64,000 bases of DNA from an uncultured delta proteobacterium (GTDB lineage: Bacteria; Desulfobacterota; Binatia; UBA9968), in NCBI GenBank assembly GCA_963760795.1, contig CAVXEP010000016.1, positions 64,001-128,000 on the forward strand, in the 5' to 3' direction. The notes below the pieces were generated by a model. That model had not been told where the DNA came from. It ran no database searches and saw nothing but the letters and a program-made list of their open reading frames with translations. The first letter of the stretch is position 1. Each line of letters begins with the position of its first letter. The position numbers and the translations under genes were made by a program. Positions 10,447 through 19,706 of the stretch are shown here, in pieces.

Positions 10447-11310
10447 ATGAGCTCCGAGGTTACCGCACTGCTGGCGTCCATTTCTTTTGCTCTGTTTGCC
10501 GTCTATGGCTGGCTTGGCCTGCGCCATTCGACGCCGCTAACTGCCACCATCGTTTCCTTGGCCGCGCGCACGATCACCCTTGGCGTAGCGGTAATTTTGT
10601 TCGGCGGCGTGCCCGGCTTCGCGATGGCGGCGTTAGTCGTGTTTGTCATCCTCGGCGTGATGCAGACGGGGATCAGCTTGCTGACTTTTATCGGCTTGCA
10701 AAAGATCGGCACGTCGCGCAGCCAGCCGCTGCGCAATAGTTATCCATTATGGAGCGCGGTAATCGCTATCTCACTGATGGGTGAAAGCGCCGGCGTCGCG
10801 GTCATGCTCGGCACTCTCCTGGTGGTCGCCGGCGTGGTGATGATTTCCTGGAAGCCGGAAGCGGCGCCGCCGAGCTACCGCTGGTGGCATGTGGTTTTTT
10901 CTGCCGTTGCCGGATTTCTCGCCGGCGTGGCGTTCCCGCTGCGGCGCTACGGATTGACAATGACCAACGAGCCGGTGTTTTTCAGCTTCGTTGTTGCGAT
11001 CGTCTCTTTGTTCGGCGCCATCCCGTATACGCTCTGGACCAGTGGAGAGCGGAAACTGGTCTGGCATCGGCGCGCGGTAATCGACTTTTCCCTATCGGGA
11101 TTCTTCGAAGCTCTCGGCGCCTTGCTGACCCTGATGGCTCTCACCACCGGCCGCGTCGTCATCGTCTCGCCGATCGTTGCCACCACGCCGCTCTTCAGCC
11201 TGGTAATCTCGATGATATTCCTGCGCGGCAAGGAAAAAGTCACGGCGATTACTATTCTCGGCACGATCGCGGTGGTTGCGGGGACTATTGCGATTGCGCT
11301 GGGACGCTGA
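10447..11310 (+). CDS. DMT/EamA family transporter
   Basis: About 10 TM helices in two repeats; VSPIVATTPLFSLVIS...GKEKVT. Confidence 0.88.
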   Translation: MSSEVTALLASISFALFAVYGWLGLRHSTPLTATIVSLAARTITLGVAVILFGGVPGFAMAALVVFVILGVMQTGISLLTFIGLQKIGTSRSQPLRNSYPLWSAVIAISLMGESAGVAVMLGTLLVVAGVVMISWKPEAAPPSYRWWHVVFSAVAGFLAGVAFPLRRYGLTMTNEPVFFSFVVAIVSLFGAIPYTLWTSGERKLVWHRRAVIDFSLSGFFEALGALLTLMALTTGRVVIVSPIVATTPLFSLVISMIFLRGKEKVTAITILGTIAVVAGTIAIALGR

Positions 11311-11389
11311 ATATTCTTGACAGGCACAGCTCACGGGCATAACGATTGGAATCAGCCCGTATTAGTTGGGAAATTCTCAGGAGGCAAAC

Positions 11390-11695
11390 ATGTGGTATTT
11401 AACTCTGCGCCAGGCAACCAAGCCGCGCGATCAGTGGACGGTGTCGTTGGATCAACATCTTGTCTGGATGAAGCAACAGCATGATGCCGGCAGGATACTT
11501 TTTTCCGGGCCGACTACCGACCGGAAGTATGGCATCTATGTGATTCGCGCCGATTCTAAAGAAGAGGCTTCGAAGCTTGCCGCCAGCGATCCCTACACCG
11601 CGGCGGGTTTCTGTTCCTTCGAACTGCTCGAGTGGGAAGTGCATCAGATCATGGGCGCGGGGAATTTTACCGCGGCGGGTCTTGGGCACAAGTGA
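11390..11695 (+). CDS. YciI family protein
   Basis: H..W...GRILFSGP...ASDPY motifs; GGAGG RBS. Confidence 0.85.
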   Translation: MWYLTLRQATKPRDQWTVSLDQHLVWMKQQHDAGRILFSGPTTDRKYGIYVIRADSKEEASKLAASDPYTAAGFCSFELLEWEVHQIMGAGNFTAAGLGHK

Positions 11696-11731
11696 CGGAT
11701 TGGAGTGTTGGAGTAATGGAGTGATGCGGGA

Positions 11732-12856
11732 ATGCGAAGAATTATATCGTTCGGTATTTTTGTCGTTATCAGTTGCTATTCAAACTTTTCGTCTTCCACG
11801 GCGAACGCTCAATCGGACTGGAAGAAGCAGTGGGAGACGACAGTTGAAGCCGGTCGGAAAGAGGGAGAGGTCGTCATCTATGGGCCGCATAACCCGGCGT
11901 ACCAGCAGATCTGGGCGATTTTTCAAAAGTCCTATCCAGAGGTCAAGTTCGCTTTTGTGCCGGGCAAGGGCTCCGAACATGTGCAGCGGATTGTCGCTGA
12001 ACGGCGAGCGGGAAAGTTTCTCGCCGATCTCATCATGGGCGGTTCTTCGACCTATGCGGGATTCGCGCCGGGCACTTTGGAGCCGCTTAAGCCGCTGTTG
12101 ATTCTGCCGGATGTGAACGACTCGGCCAACTGGTTCGATGGCCGACTGCACTTCGCCGATGCGCAGAACAATGCCGGGGTGATCATCTCCGGTGAGATCG
12201 GCACACGGCGCGGTTCGTACAACACCAAGCTCGTCGATCCCAAAGAGATTCAATCCTGGTGGGACCTGCTCAAGCCCAAGTTCAAAGGCAAGTTGGTGAC
12301 CTTCGATCCGCGCGTGGCAGGCGGCGGCGGTGAAACTTTTATGTTTTTTTACTACACGCCGGCATTGGGGCAGAGTTTTATCACACGGATTTTGACCGAG
12401 ACCGATATTCTCATCACCCGCGATCTGCAACAGGGAACCGACTGGTTGGGTCAGGGCAAGGTGCTGTTTCAGATCGGCAGCGGCCAGCCGGTGATGAAAG
12501 CGAACAAACAAGGCTTGCCGGTGGACCTGATGCCGCATGCATTGAAGGAAGGCGACATCATGGGCGGCGGTTCCTGCTGCCTCGCGGTGATGAGCAAAGC
12601 GCCGCATCCCAACGCGGCCAAATTATTCGTCAACTGGGTACTGTCCCGTGAAGGTCAGATCGCCTGGCAAAAATACGCTGAAGTAAATTCGCTGCGGGTG
12701 GACATTCCCAAGACTGACTTGCCGCCGGATGACGTGCCGCAGAAGGGCGTGAACTATTTCATGCTCAACTCGGCAAGATATAACGGCATGGAAGGACGCA
12801 AGGCGCTGCATCAGATCGTCGAGGACGCGCTGAAGAAGGCCGGCAAGGCCAAATAG
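11732..12856 (+). CDS. ABC transporter extracellular solute-binding protein (Fe3+/thiamine-like fold)
   Basis: Signal peptide; KEGEVVIYG, WWDLLKPKFKGK, APHPNAAKLFVNWVLSREGQ. Confidence 0.88.
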   Translation: MRRIISFGIFVVISCYSNFSSSTANAQSDWKKQWETTVEAGRKEGEVVIYGPHNPAYQQIWAIFQKSYPEVKFAFVPGKGSEHVQRIVAERRAGKFLADLIMGGSSTYAGFAPGTLEPLKPLLILPDVNDSANWFDGRLHFADAQNNAGVIISGEIGTRRGSYNTKLVDPKEIQSWWDLLKPKFKGKLVTFDPRVAGGGGETFMFFYYTPALGQSFITRILTETDILITRDLQQGTDWLGQGKVLFQIGSGQPVMKANKQGLPVDLMPHALKEGDIMGGGSCCLAVMSKAPHPNAAKLFVNWVLSREGQIAWQKYAEVNSLRVDIPKTDLPPDDVPQKGVNYFMLNSARYNGMEGRKALHQIVEDALKKAGKAK

Positions 12857-12865
12857 CGGCCGGAG

Positions 12866-12940
12866 GATTGGCCGCAAAGAACGCAAAGTACACAAAAGAG
12901 AATCGAACCTTTGGGTGCCTCATGCGTGCCCTCCGTAGTA
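12866..12940. repeat. 9-bp periodic repeat family (CGCAAAGAA)n
   Basis: GATTGGCCGCAAAGAACGCAAAG also at 27330-27352; related copies at 21746-21775 and 32371-32400. Confidence 0.75.
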
Positions 12941-12974
12941 TGAGATAAGGCGAGGTCCCGATGCAGGAAGTTAG

Positions 12975-13937
12975 ATGAAGCAGATGCAAAAAATTGGTTT
13001 GATTGGACTTGGAAATGCCGGGCGGCCGATGGCGGAGAGGATTCTGGCGGCGGGTTATGCATTGACGGTGTTCGACATCGATGCCGCTGCGGTGGCTGCG
13101 GTGGTGCAGCTCGGTGCCCAGGCTGCCGACACGGCGGCGCAAGCAGTAGGCGACATTACCATCACTTTGGTGCCATCGTCGGTGGAGGTGCGCAGTGCGG
13201 TGTTCGGTGCTAACGGCGCGTACCAGGCGTTGCAGCCGGGCATGGTGTTGGTTGACCTAAGCGGCACTGACCCTGACTGTGCCAGGGAGCTGCAAGAACG
13301 GTTACAGGAAAAACGGGCAACCTTTATCGGTGGGACGATTCATGCCAGCGGTGCGCCGGCGGTGGTCATTCCCAAGGGGCAGTTTGCCATTGTCATTGGC
13401 GGCCCGAAGAGCCAGATCGAGGCAACGGCAGGCTTTCTAAATCATGTAGCCCAGACCGTCGTTTGCCTGCCGGAACCGTGGATGCCCAAGGCGTTCAAAA
13501 TCGCCATCATCTTGTACTCGACCACCAACAACATCATCACCGCGGAAATATGTTCGTGGCTGACGGCCCAGGGCGCCGATCCCAAGTTGTTCCTTCAGCT
13601 CATGCAGACAACCGGCTCGCCGGCTTCGGCGGCGCGCATGGAAGAGTTCATGAAACGCAACAACAATAACGGCGGCGCGCTCAGCAATAGCTATAAAGAT
13701 TTCCGCCAGGCCTTGAACATCGCTGCCAAGCTGGAGATTCCAATGCCGTTGGCATCGATGGCGAATCAAATTCAGGAAATGGGCCGCGCAGCCGGCTTCA
13801 AGCGCTTCAACAGCCCGGCGGCCATGGGCAAGCTGTACGAGCTGCTCACGGGTGAAGATTTGAGCGGCGCGACCCTGAACTCAGAAAAACGCGTTGTCGA
13901 GAACCGCGCGCCCCAAGTGGTCTGGTTAGGCGAGTGA
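12975..13937 (+). CDS. NAD(P)-dependent beta-hydroxyacid dehydrogenase family
   Basis: IGLIGLGNAG Rossmann motif; AFKIA catalytic Lys region. Confidence 0.85.
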   Translation: MKQMQKIGLIGLGNAGRPMAERILAAGYALTVFDIDAAAVAAVVQLGAQAADTAAQAVGDITITLVPSSVEVRSAVFGANGAYQALQPGMVLVDLSGTDPDCARELQERLQEKRATFIGGTIHASGAPAVVIPKGQFAIVIGGPKSQIEATAGFLNHVAQTVVCLPEPWMPKAFKIAIILYSTTNNIITAEICSWLTAQGADPKLFLQLMQTTGSPASAARMEEFMKRNNNNGGALSNSYKDFRQALNIAAKLEIPMPLASMANQIQEMGRAAGFKRFNSPAAMGKLYELLTGEDLSGATLNSEKRVVENRAPQVVWLGE

Positions 13938-13982
13938 TGTCGAGTTTGTCCTATCGACGGAGCGTGTCAATTTCGCCAACGA

Positions 13983-14690
13983 TCAGGCGAGTAACCGGCC
14001 AAAGCCGGGGACGGGCGCTTTGATACTCAGCGTTTGCATTACCCACCATAGCGCAGCCGCAGTGGACGCGACCACCGGCAGCCGGGTGTCGTTTTCCAAC
14101 TCCTGCACGTAAGCAACAGTGCGCCAGCGGCCCTGCAGCAGCAGGCTTTCGGCGCCGGGATTTTGCCGCCACAGTTCGCGGGCGACCTTGTAGGAAGAGT
14201 AGTCCGGCAATTTGACCTGGTCGACCGGTTTGGCAACTTCCAAGCCCTTGATCGCCAGCACTTGGATCCCGCCATCGTTATAATATTTTTTAACGGCTTG
14301 GTTTATCGATTCTTTATAAGCGGTGGCAATCACGGTGGATTTGACGTTCAAATGTTTGAGCGCGTCGACCGTGGCGCTCATCGCGGTGCTCACCGGCAGA
14401 CCGACCTGCTGGGACAGCTTGGCGACCACCTCTTGCTCGACGGCGTAACCGCGCTGGGTGCCGAGAGTGATTCCGCCCATGAGAATCGCGTCGCACTCCT
14501 CGGCTTTGAAGATGCCGAGGCCCGCGCCGAGGGCGTCGATCGCTTTGTTGAATTCCACCTCCGTGTGGGATTGAACGTTTAGGCCGGAGGAGACGATGGT
14601 AAATCCTTCGGGGAGGATTAGATCCCAATCCGACGGCGTTTCAAATACCGATGGCGACAGGTAACCGATGCGCGCTTTCCAACCAGACAC
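13983..14690 (-). CDS. Maleate isomerase / Asp-Glu racemase superfamily protein
   Basis: RIGYLSPS, VIATAY, PVVASTAAALW, PVPGFGRLL pattern. Confidence 0.8.
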   Translation of the reverse strand: MSGWKARIGYLSPSVFETPSDWDLILPEGFTIVSSGLNVQSHTEVEFNKAIDALGAGLGIFKAEECDAILMGGITLGTQRGYAVEQEVVAKLSQQVGLPVSTAMSATVDALKHLNVKSTVIATAYKESINQAVKKYYNDGGIQVLAIKGLEVAKPVDQVKLPDYSSYKVARELWRQNPGAESLLLQGRWRTVAYVQELENDTRLPVVASTAAALWWVMQTLSIKAPVPGFGRLLA

Positions 14691-14950
14691 CTTGCGCTCC
14701 TTTCAACCCATTACTTTCGACCAGCGGTGCAGCCGTTTCTTATCCCATGCGGCAGCGAATAGGAAACGATCATGGTAAAGACATTCGTAGTCCCTTAAGA
14801 AGCTATCATTTCGAGTAGAATTCTCACAGTAATTGATACATAACCGAGTGAAAATGCTATTCTAACGTCTAATCGACGAAAGCTAACTGATTCACTGTTG
14901 GTCAGGTTTTTAGCAAACGAAAGGATTAATTGCGATATTGGTAATGAATT

Positions 14951-16126
14951 ATGTATTTTAAAAGAGAATTTTTTAGATTCACCGTTCTCTGGATGCACTT
15001 CGGTTGGCTGATGGCAGGAGCCATGCTGGCGGCAGTTGGAACAGTTGCCGCGATTGAAGCGCCAGCCGGGGAATTCAATCGGCGCGCCACCGCCACGGCG
15101 CAGATCTTAGCCGGAATAACGCCGAACCCCGCCGATCCAGTGTTGAATCGTTTGCTCGAGCTCGATGTTTGGAAAGAACACCAGAAGTGGATGACGGCGC
15201 AATGGGCTGAGGTGCGCGGTCGGATCAAGACCGTCGAAGGATGGCGCGATCACGAACTCAAAGTCGTCAATGCCCAGAAAAAGACTTTGCTCTATCCGTT
15301 CAGCGGCCCGGATTTTTTCAACGCTTACGCTTTTTTCCCGGATCATTCTCGCTATGTTTTTTTTAGTCTAGAGCGGCCCGGTGCCTTGCCCGATCTCGAA
15401 TCGGTGACGACGCTACAGTTCGGCAAGCTATTGACCGACGTGCGCGGCGCCTTTCGCGATATATTCGAGCGCAACTATTTTATTACTTCCTACATGAATA
15501 AGCAGCTCACCACGCCCTGGGTGCGCGGCACCGTGCCGGTGATGGCGACGATGATGGCGCTAATGAATCGCCGCATCGTGCGCATCGAGCCTCTCGATTT
15601 GTTTCCGGAGCTGACCAAAGCTTATGACACGCCCGATGGCAATCGGCCGCGCGTGACCATGCGTGGCGTGCGCATTGAGTTCTCCAATCCTACTGCGCCG
15701 GGTGTCCAACAGCTGTATTATTTTTCTTTAGATGCGACCGATAAGGCTTTGGAATATTATCCGGATTTTATCAACTGGGTGGGGCAGAACCGGCCTGCCA
15801 GTGCGCTGATCAAATCGGCGTCGTACCTGTTGCACGATAGCCAATTTTCCAGGACCAGGACGATGCTGCTGGAGTCAGCGGATTTATTGATCCAAGACGA
15901 CACCGGCATTCCCTTTCGCTACATCAACCAATCGCCTTGGCAGGTAAAGCTTTACGGCAAATACCACAGGCCGATCAAGCCGATGGGATATGGTTATCAA
16001 AAAGATCTCGACAGCGCCTTCAAGGCGAAAATACCGACCAGCGACTTGCCCTTCGCCTTTGGTTATCATTGGCGCGCCAGCCAGGGTGGCTTGATCTTGG
16101 CGAGTAAGGACCGCAATTCAAATTAG
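14951..16126 (+). CDS. Hypothetical exported protein
   Basis: 391-aa ORF with signal-like N-terminus and enzyme-like motifs YPFSGPD, KSASYLLH, QDDTGIP. Confidence 0.75.
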   Translation: MYFKREFFRFTVLWMHFGWLMAGAMLAAVGTVAAIEAPAGEFNRRATATAQILAGITPNPADPVLNRLLELDVWKEHQKWMTAQWAEVRGRIKTVEGWRDHELKVVNAQKKTLLYPFSGPDFFNAYAFFPDHSRYVFFSLERPGALPDLESVTTLQFGKLLTDVRGAFRDIFERNYFITSYMNKQLTTPWVRGTVPVMATMMALMNRRIVRIEPLDLFPELTKAYDTPDGNRPRVTMRGVRIEFSNPTAPGVQQLYYFSLDATDKALEYYPDFINWVGQNRPASALIKSASYLLHDSQFSRTRTMLLESADLLIQDDTGIPFRYINQSPWQVKLYGKYHRPIKPMGYGYQKDLDSAFKAKIPTSDLPFAFGYHWRASQGGLILASKDRNSN

Positions 16127-16136
16127 CCTGCGCCAA

Positions 16137-16948
16137 TTGTGCATCGTCAGCTGTCTTGTCTTGATGGCACAAAACTGCGCCGCCCAGATCGTCCGCCGCT
16201 CGTTTCACACTAGCGACGGCGTGGCGCTTTCCCTCCTCGAATCGGGGCGGGAACATGCTAGCAGCGACAAACTCAAGATCGCTCTCATCCCCGGCTGGTC
16301 GATGCCCGCAAGTATCTGGCAGAAGCAACTCGAAGAGTTCGGCCGCAGCTACCATACCCTCGCCGTCGATCCGCGCGGCCAGGGCGAATCGCAAGTGCCC
16401 AGCGGACGGTTTCACTGCTGAACGGCGCGCTGGCGATCTTAAAGAGTTCCTCGACCCGCTCAAAAACGTCTTATTGGTTGGTTGGTCTCTAGGCGCCATC
16501 GAGTCGTTGCAGTACGTGCACATGTTTGGCGCCGACCGGCTGGCGGGCATGGTGCTGGTGGATAGTTCTGTGGGTGAGGAGCCGGCGCCGGCGCCGGACG
16601 GAGCATTTTTGAAAGCGTTGCGCGATGATCGCGACAAAACTTTGGATGGCTTTGTCCGGGCGATTTTCAAGTCCGCTCCGCAGCGATGCCGCAGTGGCGC
16701 AGCTGGTCGCCGGCGCCAAGCGCATGTCGGTGGAGCAAAGCATCGCGCTGTTATCCTATCCGTTTCCGCGCAGCCATTGGAAAGAGATCGCTCACGCCTT
16801 CAAGAAACCGCTGCTCTATGTCGTCACGCCGCAGTTCGAAGCGCAGGCGCACAATCTTCAGAAAAACCGCCCCGGCACAGAGGTGGAAGTCTTCAAGGAC
16901 GCCGGCCACACCCTATTTGTCGACCAGCCGGAACGGTTCAATTCCTGA
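16137..16948 (+). CDS. Alpha/beta hydrolase (non-heme haloperoxidase-like), frameshifted
   Basis: LIPGWSM, VDPRGQGES, GWSLG nucleophile elbow and DAGHTLF spread over three frames. Confidence 0.8.
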
Positions 16949-17098
16949 TCCGAAATTTGCCGATCGTTCTCGCGACGCTAACGCGTTCGCTACCGGCGGA
17001 GACTTGTTTGGTTGTTGCCGGTCAATTCCCAGCGAAGCTAACGTCGGCACAGCCACCCAGAGAGAGAATTCAAAACCTCGGAGCGGCTTTGCTTAACT

Positions 17099-18258
17099 TT
17101 ACGGCGCGCCGAAGAAGCGCACGGTGTTGTCATAGAGCAGTTTGCGCTTCTGAGATTCTGAAAGATCCTGCCGTTCGAGAATTTCCAGGGCGGCGTTGTC
17201 GCGACCTTCACCATGGGGGAAGTCGGAGGAGAACAGTACATGATCTTCGCCGATCAAATCGAACAGCTGTTGCAGCATGCGGTCGTCGGCTTCGGCGGCG
17301 ATGAAAATTCTGCCGGATTTGACGTAATCGCGGATGCTGGCGCGCGGCAGGTCGCCGGCGTTCGGCATGCTCAAACCGAACGGATGGGCGCCGCGGTCGA
17401 GCGGCAAGTAGTGATCCATGCGCGAGACCATGTAAAAAATCCACTCGGCGCCGAATTCTAAAAACGCCACTTTCAAGTCTTGATAGCGGTCGAGCATGCG
17501 GTGGCCGACGATGGCCATAAAGGCCAGCTGGGCCGGCAGCGACATGCCGATGATGTGGCCGTCGTAAATGCTCCGGCCCAACTGCGCCAGCGGCGGATAG
17601 CTCATACCCATGTGCACGCACAGCGGCAGCTCGGTGCGGGCGAACTCATCCCAGATCGGCAGGAAGCTCGGATCGGAAAGCAGCCGTTCGCCGGCGGTGC
17701 CGAAGACCACCGCGGCGCGGGCGCCGAGGCGCTGCATCTCCTCGATGGCGAGTAATGCCTGGCGCGGCTCGCGCAGCGGCAGCAGGCCCGACCATTTGAG
17801 CCGCCGCGGATTCGCGGCGCATTGTTTGGCGACGAAGCGATTATAGGCGCGGCACAGCGCCGCTTCGAACTCCGGGTCGCTGGTCATATGAGCGTAAAGC
17901 GTGCTCGGAAAGATCATCTGGACGTCGAAGCCCATGCGATCCATATCGGCCAGCCGTGCGCTCGGGTCGTTGAGTGTCATGCTGCCGACCGAACAATGCT
18001 CGCGGTTCATGTTAGCGCCAAATTCGCTTAACACATTGCGCGGCGTGTTGGCTTGTTGGGCGCCGGGGCCGAGAGCGTGGGGCTCCAGCGAACCTTCGAT
18101 CAGCCAGCCGGCGTTGAAATTCCCCAGACCCGTTGTCGTCGTGAATCGTCACCGGGCGCGGCCGGCGGGCGCGAAACTGCTCGCGGTAAATCTTCCCACA
18201 TGCTGGGATTGATCGAGCCATGAGCGTCGGCGTCGAAGACGCGGTAACCTTGGAGCAT
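17099..18258 (-). CDS. Amidohydrolase family protein, frameshifted near N-terminus
   Basis: MLQGYRVFDADAH start in another frame; CVHMG, FLEFGAEW, FSSDFPHGE. Confidence 0.85.
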
Positions 18259-18390
18259 GATCTAAACTCTTCCTTTCGATTGGTGCTTCGAATGATGTGA
18301 CATGTTCCGTCTTTTTCTAACTCACCACGAAGGCACGAAGAGCACGAAGTTCGGAAAAATATTTATCTGAACCCTTCGTGTCCTTCGTGC

Positions 18391-18595
18391 CTCCTTCGAA
18401 AATACACGTGCAGCGATGATCTCGCATCGATGAACGACTCTCTGTTCCGTCATACCGGCGCAGGCCGGTATCCATGCCCGCCTCCCGCCTCTGGATGCCG
18501 GCCTGCGCCGGCATGACGATTCCAAGGAATGAACTCTCGGGAGGGTGCTTCCGGTATTTTCATGCTCTATAGGCGAGCGTAAGCTCACGGACACT
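18391..18595 (+). mobile_element. Putative non-autonomous site-specific element (copy A) with CT at both junctions
   Basis: Ends CT-CCTTCGAAAATACA and TATTTTCATGCTCTATAGGCGAGCGTAAGCTCACGGACA-CT shared with copy B at 30756-30992; excision restores CTTCGTGCCTTCGTGGTG. Confidence 0.7.
18448..18518. repeat. REP-like palindrome CGTCATACCGGCGCAGGCCGGTATCCA...TGGATGCCGGCCTGCGCCGGCATGACG
   Basis: Long inverted repeat; 18492-18519 is identical to 59128-59155. Confidence 0.85.
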
Positions 18596-18652
18596 TCGTG
18601 GTGAATATTCCCTCACGTCAAAATTAGAAAACCATGACTTTACTTCGGTGGT

Positions 18653-19675
18653 TCAGCGCAGTTTGCGCCGGGCATCGGCCAAAAAGCCGCTTTCTTCAAG
18701 ACTTCGGACGAAGGCCGGGTTGTTGAGCTGGTTGATATCGACTTGGGTGACTTTCGGATTGATGCGCGCGACGATTTTCTGAACGAGTTTCCAGGCGGCT
18801 AGATCGGGCAACAGATCGATGGTCGCCATTTGCCCCAGCACTTTGTACGAGGCCTCGGCATCTTCCAATCTTGGAAAGCGGAAACTTTTGCGCAGGATTT
18901 CCGTCACATCGAGTTTGGCGCTGGGGTCGTGAATCAACAGGACTGAATCGACCAAGCCTTTGAGCAACCTGGTGATGGTGTCGGGGTTGTGCGACGGCGA
19001 GTCGCGCAGGAAACAGATGGTCGTGCCTTGATAGGGGATCGGCAGTTTGCCGATGTCGGCGAGCACATTGGCGCCGGCGCGTTTGGCGGCTTCGCTGAAG
19101 CTGTACGGAATTACCGTGGCGTCGACGCCGCCGGAGCCCAACGCTTGGGTGACCGTCGCGGTATCGCCGAGGATGCGCATCTTGAGATCGTACTTATCGG
19201 CATCGATGCCGAGGTGATCCAGGGCGATCATCGTCTGCAGCCAAAAGCCGCCGCCGATGCTTTGCACGCCGAAAGTTTTGCCGCGCAGATCTTCTAACGT
19301 GCGAATCTCTTTGCGCGCGACCAGCTCGCGGGGAATTTTTGCCACGGCGGAGGCGACACACTGGAGGCGCATGCCGCCGGCGCTGGCGCTGAGCGCGTTG
19401 GCCGGCGAACCGTAGTTGTATTGCACCTGGCCTGAAGCGAGGGTCGACATGCTGAGCGAGCCGTTGCGCAGCTGCACCATGCGGACGTCCAATCCATATT
19501 TTCGGAAGGTGCCGCGCTCGACGCCGACCCACATGGGTCCGGCGGTTTCATTTTGGCCGGCGTAGGCGACCAGGATCGGCGCCAGAGGTTGCGCGCGGGC
19601 TGCAAACGAAATGAGGAGAAAAAGACTCACCACGAAGGCACGAAGGACACGAAGGTTTCGGATGGTTGTTTTCAT
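18653..19675 (-). CDS. ABC solute-binding protein (SsuA/NMT1/TauA-like)
   Basis: Signal peptide; FRKYGLDV, LEDLRGKTFGV, ALGSGGVDA. Confidence 0.88.
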   Translation of the reverse strand: MKTTIRNLRVLRAFVVSLFLLISFAARAQPLAPILVAYAGQNETAGPMWVGVERGTFRKYGLDVRMVQLRNGSLSMSTLASGQVQYNYGSPANALSASAGGMRLQCVASAVAKIPRELVARKEIRTLEDLRGKTFGVQSIGGGFWLQTMIALDHLGIDADKYDLKMRILGDTATVTQALGSGGVDATVIPYSFSEAAKRAGANVLADIGKLPIPYQGTTICFLRDSPSHNPDTITRLLKGLVDSVLLIHDPSAKLDVTEILRKSFRFPRLEDAEASYKVLGQMATIDLLPDLAAWKLVQKIVARINPKVTQVDINQLNNPAFVRSLEESGFLADARRKLR

Positions 19676-19706
19676 ATTTGAACCCCGCACCTTTGCGACA
19701 TTTAGC

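Larger units (their letters stand above)
18322..18604. repeat. CACGAAG-periodic palindromic repeat interrupted by an insert
   Basis: Left arm TCACCACGAAGGCACGAAGAGCACGAAG; right arm CTTCGTGTCCTTCGTGC-CT//CT-TCGTGGTGAA split by 201 bp. Confidence 0.85.

Noticed and set aside
18317-18594. Small ORFs over repeat regions (also 30781-30978, 59010-59288)
   Set aside because: Translations such as MPAQAGI and WIPACAGMT merely reflect the REP-like palindromes
18322-18604. CRISPR array or integron attC cassettes suggested by recurring repeats
   Set aside because: Repeats are dispersed or periodic palindromes, not regularly spaced direct repeats with unique spacers; no cas or intI gene and no attC-flanked ORF array
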